From Gammaproteobacteria bacterium (GTDB lineage: Bacteria; Pseudomonadota; Gammaproteobacteria; SG8-11), in contig JANLTU010000196.1 of the NCBI GenBank assembly GCA_031363085.1, forward strand, positions 53,585 through 117,584: a stretch of DNA of 64,000 nucleotides, in the 5' to 3' direction. Below the pieces are notes generated by a model. That model made no database searches, was not told the DNA's origin, and saw only the letters and a program-made list of their open reading frames with translations. The translations under genes were made by a program, and so were the position numbers. Positions 1 to 8,400 of this stretch are shown in pieces (positions within the stretch are counted from its first letter, which is position 1; every line of letters starts with the position of its first letter).

Positions 1-1856
1 TCGTCGCTGATCTCGAAGCTGCGGGCCTGCTCGCCGAAGTCAAGCCGCACAAGTTGATGGTGCCACGGGGTGACCGCACCCACGCCGTCATCGAACCGCT
101 GCTCACCGACCAGTGGTTCGTGAAAGTCGCACCGCTGGCCGAGCCAGCGATTAAAGCCGTGGAAACCGGCCAGATCCGCTTCGTACCCGACAACTGGAAG
201 AACACTTATTACGACTGGATGCGCAATATTCAGGACTGGTGCATCTCGCGGCAAATCTGGTGGGGGCATCGCATCCCCGCCTGGTATGACGCCGCCGGAA
301 ATATTTATGTCGGACGCAGCGAAGCCGAGGTGCGCGCAAAACATAAACTCGTGCCCAGTGTGACGCTTACCCAAGACAGCGACGTGCTGGACACTTGGTT
401 TTCGTCGGCATTGTGGCCGTTCTCCACACTCGGCTGGCCGGAAAAGACACCTGAACTGAAAGCATTTTATCCAACCGCAGTGCTGGTGACGGGTTTCGAT
501 ATTATTTTCTTCTGGGTGGCCCGCATGATCATGATGGGTCTGAAATTCACCGGCGAAGTGCCGTTTCACGAAGTCTATATTCACGGACTGGTGCGCGACG
601 CACACGGCCAGAAAATGTCGAAATCCAAAGGCAACATCCTCGACCCGATCGACTTGATCGACGGCATCACACTGGAAACGCTGGTGAAGAAACGCACCAC
701 CGGCCTGATGCAACCCGACATGGCCAAGCGCATCGAAAAAGCCACGCGCGATGAATTTCCCAACGGTATTCCTGCGTTTGGCACCGACGCGTTACGCTTC
801 ACTTTCGCGGCGCTGGCCTCCACCGGGCGCGACATCAACTTCGACCTGGCGCGCATCGAAGGCTATCGCAACTTCTGCAATAAACTGTGGAATGCAGCGC
901 GCTACGTACTGATGAACACCGAAGGCCAGGATGCTGGACAGGGAAGTCCGAATGCCGCGAGCGCAGGAGCGGCCACCGGCGCCCAGGGCGGCGAATTGCA
1001 ATTGAGTTTGCCGGATTGCTGGATTCTTAGCCGTCTGCAAGAAACCACCCGGCAGGTGCATGAAGCGCTTGAGCACTATCGACTCGACCATGCCGCGCAG
1101 GCAATCTACGAATTCTTGTGGAACGGCTACTGCGACTGGTACCTTGAGTTGACAAAATCGGTGCTGACTTCCGCCGACAGCACGCCCGCGCAACAACGTG
1201 GTACGCGCCATACGCTGGTGCAGGTGCTGGAGCGCGCGCTGTGTCTGGCGCATCCCATCATGCCGTTCATCACCGAGGAAGTCTGGCAACGTGTGGCGCC
1301 TTTGGCGGGTGTCAGCGGCGCCACCATCATGTTGCGCGACTACCCCAGCGTAAATGCAAAGTTGATCGACACTCGCGCCGCGACCGACATGGACTGGATT
1401 ATGAATTTCGTGCTGGGCGTGCGCAAAATTCGCAGCGGCATGAACATCGCCCCGAGTAAACCACTGCCGGTGTTGCTGCAAAATGGCTCGGCTGAAGATC
1501 AGCGCTTGCTAACCGAGAACCACAATTTCGTAGTCGCGCTCGCACGCATCGACACCATCACCTGGCTCGACGCCGCCGCGCCACCGCCGGAATCAGCCAC
1601 GGCCTTGGTCGGCGAAATGAAAGTGTTGATTCCAATGGCGGGACTGATCGACAAAAACGCCGAGCTGACGCGTTTGGCGAAAGAAATGGACCGGCTCAGC
1701 GGCGAAGTCGAACGCATCGGCGCGAAGCTGGCTAATCCCAGCTTCGCCGACAAAGCGCCTGCGGCCGTGGTCGACAAGGAACGCGCGAAATTACACGACA
1801 CGCAGTCGGCCTTAGACAAACTGCGCGAGCAACATACGCGCATTGCCGCAATGTAG
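1..1856 (+). CDS. valS: Valine--tRNA ligase, C-terminal ~618 aa. The 5' end lies outside the window.
   Basis: The class-I aaRS KMSKS motif is present (KMSKSKGN). The anticodon-binding region and the C-terminal coiled-coil tail (…[21 protein letters not shown]) match the typical ValS C-terminus. The reading frame is open to position 1. Confidence 0.93.
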   Translation, partial: VADLEAAGLLAEVKPHKLMVPRGDRTHAVIEPLLTDQWFVKVAPLAEPAIKAVETGQIRFVPDNWKNTYYDWMRNIQDWCISRQIWWGHRIPAWYDAAGNIYVGRSEAEVRAKHKLVPSVTLTQDSDVLDTWFSSALWPFSTLGWPEKTPELKAFYPTAVLVTGFDIIFFWVARMIMMGLKFTGEVPFHEVYIHGLVRDAHGQKMSKSKGNILDPIDLIDGITLETLVKKRTTGLMQPDMAKRIEKATRDEFPNGIPAFGTDALRFTFAALASTGRDINFDLARIEGYRNFCNKLWNAARYVLMNTEGQDAGQGSPNAASAGAATGAQGGELQLSLPDCWILSRLQETTRQVHEALEHYRLDHAAQAIYEFLWNGYCDWYLELTKSVLTSADSTPAQQRGTRHTLVQVLERALCLAHPIMPFITEEVWQRVAPLAGVSGATIMLRDYPSVNAKLIDTRAATDMDWIMNFVLGVRKIRSGMNIAPSKPLPVLLQNGSAEDQRLLTENHNFVVALARIDTITWLDAAAPPPESATALVGEMKVLIPMAGLIDKNAELTRLAKEMDRLSGEVERIGAKLANPSFADKAPAAVVDKERAKLHDTQSALDKLREQHTRIAAM

Positions 1857-1860
1857 CGGC

Positions 1861-4800
1861 TTAGGCCACCTTAACCGCACAGGCCGCTGGAAGGATGATG
1901 CGCGACTCGAACGGCCGGAATTCAGCGTCACTTGTTGACTTTTTCGTGAAGCGGATCTCGACTTTTCCACCGAGGTTCTCGACGAATTTCCGAATCGCGT
2001 CCATTCCCACACCACGACCGGAGATGTCGCTCACGTTCGCTGCAGTCGACACGCCCGACTGAAAAACCAGATCGGCCAATGCGTGGTCATTCAACTCCGC
2101 GTTGGCGTGCACCAAACCTTGTGCGGCGGCTTTTTCCTTGAGCTTGCGCAGGGCCAACCCGCGACCATCATCCGACAGCGCCAGCACTACCCCCCCGTCT
2201 TCCTCGCGCACATCCAACGTGATCGTACCCCGCTCGGGCTTGCCATGTGCCTTACGTTCCGCGCCGGTTTCAAGGCCATGATCCATGGCATTGCGGAAAC
2301 CATGCGTGAATACGTTCTTCATCACCTGTGCAACTTCGACCGCCAGACGGATGCCGTTATCTTTGATAACGATGTGCGGTGCGACCTTACCAAGTTTTTG
2401 CGCCAGTTCCGGCATCGAACGCGTGATGGCATCCAGCAGCGCGGGAATCGATTCCGTGCCGATGGCACCTGAGATTGACTTCACGGTTTTCACGGCGCTG
2501 CGCAATGCACTCACGTCATGCTCATTGACGTGCTCCAGCACGACCCGCAGCTTGTCGATCAGCATTAAATCGACATACACGCCGTCGGACGAGGTGTTGG
2601 AAAGTTTTTCCTTGTTAATCGTTGCGTAGCTTTCGATTCGCTGACGAGTACGAGACAACTCCTCCAGCATTTTGCTCTTGTCCCAAAACGAATCGAGATT
2701 CTTACGCAGCACGTCGTAGGAAGTTTCGGCTTCATGTGCCACATCGGTGATGCCCATGAATCCGTAGGTGCGCGCGTTGCCCTTGATGGTGTGCATGTTA
2801 CGGAACAGGGTCGCGACAATATCGGCCGATGCGTTGCTCGCCGCGTTAATGAGTTTTTCGTTTTCGTCCAGAAAGCGCGTAGCGTCCTTGATAAATCCGA
2901 TGAACTTGTCCTGACCGACCGACAAAATCTGCCCGATGACCTGCAACTCGGACTTCTGCTTTTCGGCCTCTGCCTGCAAGCCGCGCAACTCGGTGACGTC
3001 GCGCACTGTGACCATGAGTTTTTCGATGACGTCGGTTTCGCTCACAATCGGATCCCAATCGAGTTCGAGGATCTTGGTGCGCCCTCCCGACATGGTCCGA
3101 GTGAATTCATGCACTAGGCAATGGCGGTTGAAATCGAACATCATCGACTCCTCACCCAGAATTGCATCCAATGCCGCAGAGATTTGCGACAAGGCATTGG
3201 AGCCCAGATTCGTGTTCCTGAACAGCAAGTCCATGACATCCGAGTTTGCGACATTCTTGTCTTCCACAATGCTCTCCAAATACGCGGAATACTCGGGATG
3301 AATCGCGCGTCCGGGTAAAATCGTAAAGATGCCCTGGTGCATGTTCTGCAACATGTTATTAATGTCATTGGTCTTCTGTCGCAGTTCGGCGGTGCGGCTC
3401 TCGACTTTTTGCTCCAAGGTGCGATTTTGTTCTGCAATCACATTCAGCATGTGAATATTCTTGAAACTGACCACGGCGGTGCGTGCAATGGTTTCGGCAA
3501 ACTCGCGATCCGAATCGACGAATTTTACGTCGCCGACATCGCCGCAGAAATTCATGACGCCGAAAATCTCATTATTGTCGACCATCGGCACGCAGATAAT
3601 GGCTCGCGCCGAGGCATCATCGCCTAGCTGCGCTTCGAACTGATGATCTTGCGTGGTGTCCGGAATATAAATGATGCGTTTGTGTTGCGCCGCACGACCG
3701 GCGACACCCTCACCGAGCTTGAAGGTGCGCGCGTCGTGCACCGCGCTCTCGTCGCGCGCCGGCGAGTACGCTTTCACTTCCAGTAAGCTTTTCTCCGCGT
3801 TAAACAGGTAGACCGAGCCCCACTCCACATCGCAGTGAGCACGCATGGTCTTCAACGCATGCTCCAGAACTTTCATCGGATCATGCATGCTCGCCATGGT
3901 CTGGCCGGTCACATTGAGCACGCGCAGGTCATCGATCTTCTTCCTGATCGCATCGCGCATGTCGGAAAAACTGTGTGCCAAGCTGCCCAGCTCATCGCTG
4001 CGCCGCGTGTCGATTTCTTGATCCAGATGACCGTGCGCCAGTTGCGCGGCACTGGTTTTCAAGGCGTCAATCGGCGTGAGAATGGTACGTGTCAGGAAAA
4101 ACCCCACCATCACGGCGCAGACCATGCCCAGCATGATCAGCCCAGCCACAATATATTGGGTGTGGCTCACCTGAAGGGTGAGCTGCGAGCTGCTTTCGAC
4201 GCTGAAATCGTGCTGGGTCTTGACCAGTGCAGTCAAGCGATCCTGAATTTGCAGCACCAACGGCGATAAATCTTTGCGAATGATGTAAGCATCCTGGCGC
4301 CAGTCTTCGGCGCCATGGATTTTCATTACTTGCTCGGCGGCCGGCCCCCACTCCTTGAACGCCGCGTTGAAGTTTTCGAACGACGCTTCTTGCTCAAAGT
4401 TCAGCAGGCTTTTGCTGGCACCGTTGAGCTTGCTTGCATCACGCACGGCCAGCTCCATGTAGCTGCGAAAATTCTCTTTGTTGGCGTCGGCACGGAACGC
4501 AAGAAAAATGCGTAATTCGTTCAGGGCGCTGGCGACATTGGTACGTAACGAAAACATATCCAGCAGGAACTGACGACGCTCTTGGTTGGCACTCTCACCG
4601 CTTTCTGCCAACAGCATTTCTTGCAGACTTTGCAACATGGTCTGCGCACGGGGATTCACTTCGCGGCTGGCAAACCCAAGCGCCGGAACGTTCTTCGCGT
4701 CATCGCTGGCAAACACCAGCATCTGCTCCTTATAGCTTTGCAGTTTGGCAATGCCCTGCTGCACTTCGTCGACCATTTTGAACGTCGCCGCGTCGTCTCG

Positions 4801-5106
4801 CACAATGCGCATCGCGCTCAAGGTTTGTACCGACTGCGTGATCTTGCTCAAATTACTGACGTAGTCGTTTTTGTGCACCTGCTCCTTGCTGAGCAAATAA
4901 AAACCCAGCGAGGCGGAAGCGCGATCCAGTTGATCGACCAAGTTAAGCGACAGTTCCGTGGCGGGTTGGACGTCGTTCACCAACGTGGAAAGTTTTTCCT
5001 TGTTGGCCTTCAGGCTGTTGAACGCCGTGATGCCCACCGCGACCAACAGCACCACCAACACGCCGAAACTGACCCAGATTTTTTTACGAATGGTGACTTT
5101 ATTCAT
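1861..5106 (-). CDS. Membrane-anchored CheA-type histidine kinase. Domain order: TM, 4-helix-bundle sensor, TM, HAMP, GAF, linker, Hpt, CheA-type HATPase. No P2 or P5/CheW domain. The ORF is open up to 5208; the likely start is at MNKVTIRKK… or MAVLF….
   Basis: Two hydrophobic segments (VSFGVLVVLLVAVGITAF and YIVAGLIMLGMVCAVMVGFFL) flank a ~300-aa region. A HAMP-like segment follows TM2. The GAF signature is present (…GEGVAGRAAQHKRIIYIPDTTQD…ICVPMV). The Hpt motif is LFRNMHTIKGNARTYGF. The CheA-type ATPase is NAMDHGLE…GKPERGTITL…LSDDGRGL…GRGVGMDAIRKFVENLGGKVEI. Confidence 0.8.
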   Translation of the reverse strand: MNKVTIRKKIWVSFGVLVVLLVAVGITAFNSLKANKEKLSTLVNDVQPATELSLNLVDQLDRASASLGFYLLSKEQVHKNDYVSNLSKITQSVQTLSAMRIVRDDAATFKMVDEVQQGIAKLQSYKEQMLVFASDDAKNVPALGFASREVNPRAQTMLQSLQEMLLAESGESANQERRQFLLDMFSLRTNVASALNELRIFLAFRADANKENFRSYMELAVRDASKLNGASKSLLNFEQEASFENFNAAFKEWGPAAEQVMKIHGAEDWRQDAYIIRKDLSPLVLQIQDRLTALVKTQHDFSVESSSQLTLQVSHTQYIVAGLIMLGMVCAVMVGFFLTRTILTPIDALKTSAAQLAHGHLDQEIDTRRSDELGSLAHSFSDMRDAIRKKIDDLRVLNVTGQTMASMHDPMKVLEHALKTMRAHCDVEWGSVYLFNAEKSLLEVKAYSPARDESAVHDARTFKLGEGVAGRAAQHKRIIYIPDTTQDHQFEAQLGDDASARAIICVPMVDNNEIFGVMNFCGDVGDVKFVDSDREFAETIARTAVVSFKNIHMLNVIAEQNRTLEQKVESRTAELRQKTNDINNMLQNMHQGIFTILPGRAIHPEYSAYLESIVEDKNVANSDVMDLLFRNTNLGSNALSQISAALDAILGEESMMFDFNRHCLVHEFTRTMSGGRTKILELDWDPIVSETDVIEKLMVTVRDVTELRGLQAEAEKQKSELQVIGQILSVGQDKFIGFIKDATRFLDENEKLINAASNASADIVATLFRNMHTIKGNARTYGFMGITDVAHEAETSYDVLRKNLDSFWDKSKMLEELSRTRQRIESYATINKEKLSNTSSDGVYVDLMLIDKLRVVLEHVNEHDVSALRSAVKTVKSISGAIGTESIPALLDAITRSMPELAQKLGKVAPHIVIKDNGIRLAVEVAQVMKNVFTHGFRNAMDHGLETGAERKAHGKPERGTITLDVREEDGGVVLALSDDGRGLALRKLKEKAAAQGLVHANAELNDHALADLVFQSGVSTAANVSDISGRGVGMDAIRKFVENLGGKVEIRFTKKSTSDAEFRPFESRIILPAACAVKVA

Positions 5107-5285
5107 CAACGCATGGACGTGAAATAACACCGCCATCCAGCGGTGAGCAAAAGGCGTCTTCGGCTGTAGACCGCTGCCGGGGGTAGTTTCCAATGTGTTT
5201 GCGTGCATACCGCAGTTGCTCCCAGAGTCAATTTCTATGACAAGCCCACTGCGCTCGCCACGGCTATGACCATTGCTTTAAGTCG

Positions 5286-5654
5286 TTAACCGGCAACCAT
5301 CTTCTTCACGGTTTCCAGCACGTTCGCGCCGTTGAACGGTTTCACGATCCAGCCCTTGATGCCGGCGGCTTTACCGCGTTGCTTCATGTTGGCGTCGCTC
5401 TCGGTGGTCAGCATGATGATGTTGACCGTCTTGTTGCCGACATCGCTGCGGATTTTTTCGACCATCGTCAATCCGTCCATATTGGGCATGTTGACGTCGG
5501 CGAAAATAAGTTTGATATCCGGATTGCTCGATGCCTTGGCAAGACCGTCTTTGCCGTCCACCGCCGTGATCACCGAGAAGCCATTGGTGCTGAAAAATCC
5601 GCTCACCTGACTGCGTACCGCGTCGGAATCATCGACCACCAGAATTTGTGCCAT
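5286..5654 (-). CDS. Single-domain CheY-like response regulator.
   Basis: Receiver signature ILVVDDSDAVR…LIFADVNMPNMDG…IIMLT…KPF, 122 aa with no output domain. Lies between the kinase and the CheX-like genes on the same strand. Confidence 0.9.
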   Translation of the reverse strand: MAQILVVDDSDAVRSQVSGFFSTNGFSVITAVDGKDGLAKASSNPDIKLIFADVNMPNMDGLTMVEKIRSDVGNKTVNIIMLTTESDANMKQRGKAAGIKGWIVKPFNGANVLETVKKMVAG

Positions 5655-5711
5655 AGTTAAATCTCCGCTGATAAATCAAGTTTTTTTAAGCCACATCTTT
5701 ACAATAACTTA

Positions 5712-6722
5712 CTAAAATAGTTCCAGTTCGCCGGACGACACCAGTTCGTTAACGCTCTGGTTGGACTCGGCATATTTCTCCGGCGACCAGTCCAGGCTAA
5801 AAATGAATTTCTCGTACATCACCACCGGCTGGAGCTTGCCCTCCGGATCGGTGAGCGTGAATTTGAAACACAATTGCGGATCGTCGGCACCGAACGAAAT
5901 ATATCTGCGCGCATGATTAATAATAATCGGCACTTCGACGCGCATCCGCCCGTGTGCTTCGGCCGTCGTCGACCCGTAACGGGTTTTGAATGCACCCCAG
6001 ATCATGTTCGCCAGTTCCGACAGCAGTTCGTTGACGTGGCGAAAGCTAGGCTCGACGGCATGGAGCTGGGTCTTACGCGCGGCAATCGCGGCGCGAACGT
6101 TTTCTTCTTCCGATTGCAGTGTCATGTAACCGCGGCACCAAGCGCTTTCCAGCGGTAGCAGACTGAACAGTTCTCCGTAAATGATTTTGTCTTTTACAAT
6201 GTAGGGCGGGTCGACCTCGACATTTAAACCCTTGAAGGCGGCACGGAACGCGCTCAGCGTGAATTCCTTCACGCCTGCCACGAATTCGTTGGGATAGTGA
6301 CGATTGAACAAAAACGTATCCACTAGCTCTTTCAGGGGCTCGAATTCACCGTGCACATAAACGCCGGCGATCACGTTGCGCAATTCGACCGGCAGATCGC
6401 CGACCGCCATCTGTGCATCCACGCGCAGAAAAATCGGTAGCTCGGCGCGGGCCTTGTGAATTGCCAGCGCCAGCTCGACCTCTTCGCGTCCATGGCCGTC
6501 GCTATGCGACAGAAAGATTGCGCCCAGATCAACGCTGCGGCTCAAAATGCTCAGCACCGTGCTCTTGCTCGCTTGATAACCATCCAGGTTGGAGTTTTCG
6601 ATAAATTTTTTCAGCGCACGCAGCTTGTCTTTGTCGTGTTCGACGACTACAACTTTGCTCCGTATTCCGTGCTGCTCTGCAGGCGGCTGTGTCGACACCT
6701 TGATCGTGGCGGTTAAATTCAT
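5712..6722 (-). CDS. Two-domain protein: an N-terminal degenerate receiver-like domain and a C-terminal CheC/CheX-like domain.
   Basis: The N-terminus (VVVVEHDKDKLRALKKF…LGAIFLSHSDG) looks like a pseudo-receiver. The C-terminal half carries LSELANMIWGAFK, resembling the CheC/CheX/FliY E-x2-N/GN motif. It ends in …SSGELELF, as the neighbouring protein does. The call is tentative. Confidence 0.45.
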   Translation of the reverse strand: MNLTATIKVSTQPPAEQHGIRSKVVVVEHDKDKLRALKKFIENSNLDGYQASKSTVLSILSRSVDLGAIFLSHSDGHGREEVELALAIHKARAELPIFLRVDAQMAVGDLPVELRNVIAGVYVHGEFEPLKELVDTFLFNRHYPNEFVAGVKEFTLSAFRAAFKGLNVEVDPPYIVKDKIIYGELFSLLPLESAWCRGYMTLQSEEENVRAAIAARKTQLHAVEPSFRHVNELLSELANMIWGAFKTRYGSTTAEAHGRMRVEVPIIINHARRYISFGADDPQLCFKFTLTDPEGKLQPVVMYEKFIFSLDWSPEKYAESNQSVNELVSSGELELF

Positions 6723-6747
6723 ACGGTCCTCTCGAAGTATGGGTTAT

Positions 6748-7329
6748 TCAAAATAGCTCCAGTGCCCCGGCCTCAACCGGTTCTTCCACTTTTTGCAGTT
6801 TGTCCAAACGAAATTCGCGCGTGCTGTACACCGAGACGAACAAACTCGCGCAAAAGGTGGTTTCCTCGTTTGCTTGTGCACTGACGTGAGTATCGTAAGA
6901 AAACGACAAACTCTTGAGGTGTTTGAGACTCTCTTTGCGCAAGCGATTTGGCGTAGACATCCCCATATGCGGAAAGCAACTGCCCAGATCGCGCTTAAAA
7001 GCGCCGCAAAAACGGTTGCCCAGCTCACCCAGAAAATCGTAGTAACGCGCTGTGGTGAGTTGCTCCAGCGGCATCCGCAAGGCGTCGGCCGCATAACGCA
7101 GAGAAGGTGCGCTGCAAGTTGAATGCAGCAGCACAAAAATACGGAAGTCGTACGACGATATTGTCAGCATGGTGAATTCCGGCGCGGCCACCTGCTCTGG
7201 ATTAGTCAAGGGCTGGAGGGTCCATGACGCGTAGCTGTCGGTCTTCAGCGACTCCTCCAGACTGTCAGCCAGCAGCTTGGCCAAAGAATCTTTCGCGGTC
7301 TGTGGAAACGCTGCCGGGGCGGGCGTCAT
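6748..7329 (-). CDS. CheC/CheX-like (putative CheY-P phosphatase family) protein.
   Basis: [15 protein letters not shown] matches the D/S-x3-E-x2-N core of CheC/CheX phosphatases. It is paralogous to the C-terminal half of the 336-aa neighbour and ends …AGALELF. Its stop overlaps the start of the downstream gene. Assignment rests on the motif alone. Confidence 0.4.
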   Translation of the reverse strand: MTPAPAAFPQTAKDSLAKLLADSLEESLKTDSYASWTLQPLTNPEQVAAPEFTMLTISSYDFRIFVLLHSTCSAPSLRYAADALRMPLEQLTTARYYDFLGELGNRFCGAFKRDLGSCFPHMGMSTPNRLRKESLKHLKSLSFSYDTHVSAQANEETTFCASLFVSVYSTREFRLDKLQKVEEPVEAGALELF

Positions 7330-8090
7330 GACGGCTCCTGAAGTCCAAGTTGATCCACTTTGGCATTAAGCGCGTGTACCGCCGTCAGGATCATCTTGCC
7401 GCTGGCTTGAATGTCTTGAAATGTTGCGATAGTGACCGCATCGCTTTTATGCAGGCAGTCCTTGTAGCCGGCACTGAATGTTTCCGAACGCGTCGCCAAA
7501 GATTTTACTTCGGAGGCCACTACCGCGAAGCCGCGCCCGGCTTCACCGACACGCGCCGCTTCGATGGTGGCGTTCAAGGCGAGAATAATGATTTGTTGCA
7601 CGATTTCAGCGAAATCGGCGTTGCGTTGCTGCATCACATTGTTGGACTGCACCAGCTTGCCCATGCCGTCGTTCCAGCGCTCGATGCTTGACAGGATCGT
7701 CAGCAAGTCGGTTACATCTTTTTTAATCCCGGCGCGGCAATTTTCGATGCGTACTTGGTGCTCGGAAACTGTGCGCTCCAAAGCGCGTTGGCTGTGTGCG
7801 TAATCGGCGCGCAAAGTAATGAGTTCCTGTTCGCGCGCGGCTGTTTCCGCGCGCGCCTGAGCCAGTCGTGCGACGTACACGGACTCCGCGTCGCGGACGA
7901 AACGCACATGAGCCTCCTGCATATTGTCAAGCTCAGTCGCCGGAACTTTTTTGGACAATTCATCCTGTAACTGCGCACGCTCCGACTGCCACTGCGCTTG
8001 CAGACGCGGAATATAAATCCTGCGCCAGAGAACCGCGCTGAATACTGCGCCGACTGCGATACCACCTACCCATGCCAGCATGATGCTCAT
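7326..8090 (-). CDS. Mini methyl-accepting chemotaxis-like protein: one TM helix, coiled coil, and only the conserved MCP hairpin-tip signalling segment.
   Basis: N-terminal TM helix ([22 protein letters not shown]). Canonical MCP signalling-tip sequence ([34 protein letters not shown]). Only 254 aa in total, far shorter than standard MCPs. The start overlaps the upstream gene by ATGA. Confidence 0.75.
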   Translation of the reverse strand: MSIMLAWVGGIAVGAVFSAVLWRRIYIPRLQAQWQSERAQLQDELSKKVPATELDNMQEAHVRFVRDAESVYVARLAQARAETAAREQELITLRADYAHSQRALERTVSEHQVRIENCRAGIKKDVTDLLTILSSIERWNDGMGKLVQSNNVMQQRNADFAEIVQQIIILALNATIEAARVGEAGRGFAVVASEVKSLATRSETFSAGYKDCLHKSDAVTIATFQDIQASGKMILTAVHALNAKVDQLGLQEPS

Positions 8091-8400
8091 TACTTAGTGT
8101 TCTTCAGGTGCCACAAATTTTCTTCCGTCGGATGCTTCGACATGCTTGTCGGAGATGCACTTGCCATCCTGCAATGCACAAGAACCTCGCCCCAGCCAAG
8201 GACGGAAGCTCTCGTCAAGATATCGACATGAGGAAAAGAAACTAAAGCTCTTCTTGTTGACCTGCGTACTGCTGCGGATCAGGTGTTACCTGCCGGGTGA
8301 AGCCTGCTATGGCGCGCGGCGAAACTTTTTCCGCACTTTGCATTTGGGCGAACTCTGGATTTATGGGCGTGCCCTTAAGTCGGTTCGAAGCGGAGGTGGC
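8091..8400 (-). promoter_or_regulatory. Intergenic region that should carry the promoter of the chemosensory-like operon (mini-MCP through kinase).
   Basis: 310 bp of non-coding sequence between the protease stop (8401) and the mini-MCP start (8090). All five downstream genes are co-directional, with overlaps or short gaps. Confidence 0.4.

Noticed and set aside
792..1481. 229-aa ORF on the minus strand inside valS, and similar ORFs at 151-339, 581-856 and 1499-1843.
   Set aside because: They are antisense to a confidently identified housekeeping gene. Their Arg/Ala/Gly-rich composition is typical of spurious ORFs in high-GC DNA. There is no motif support.
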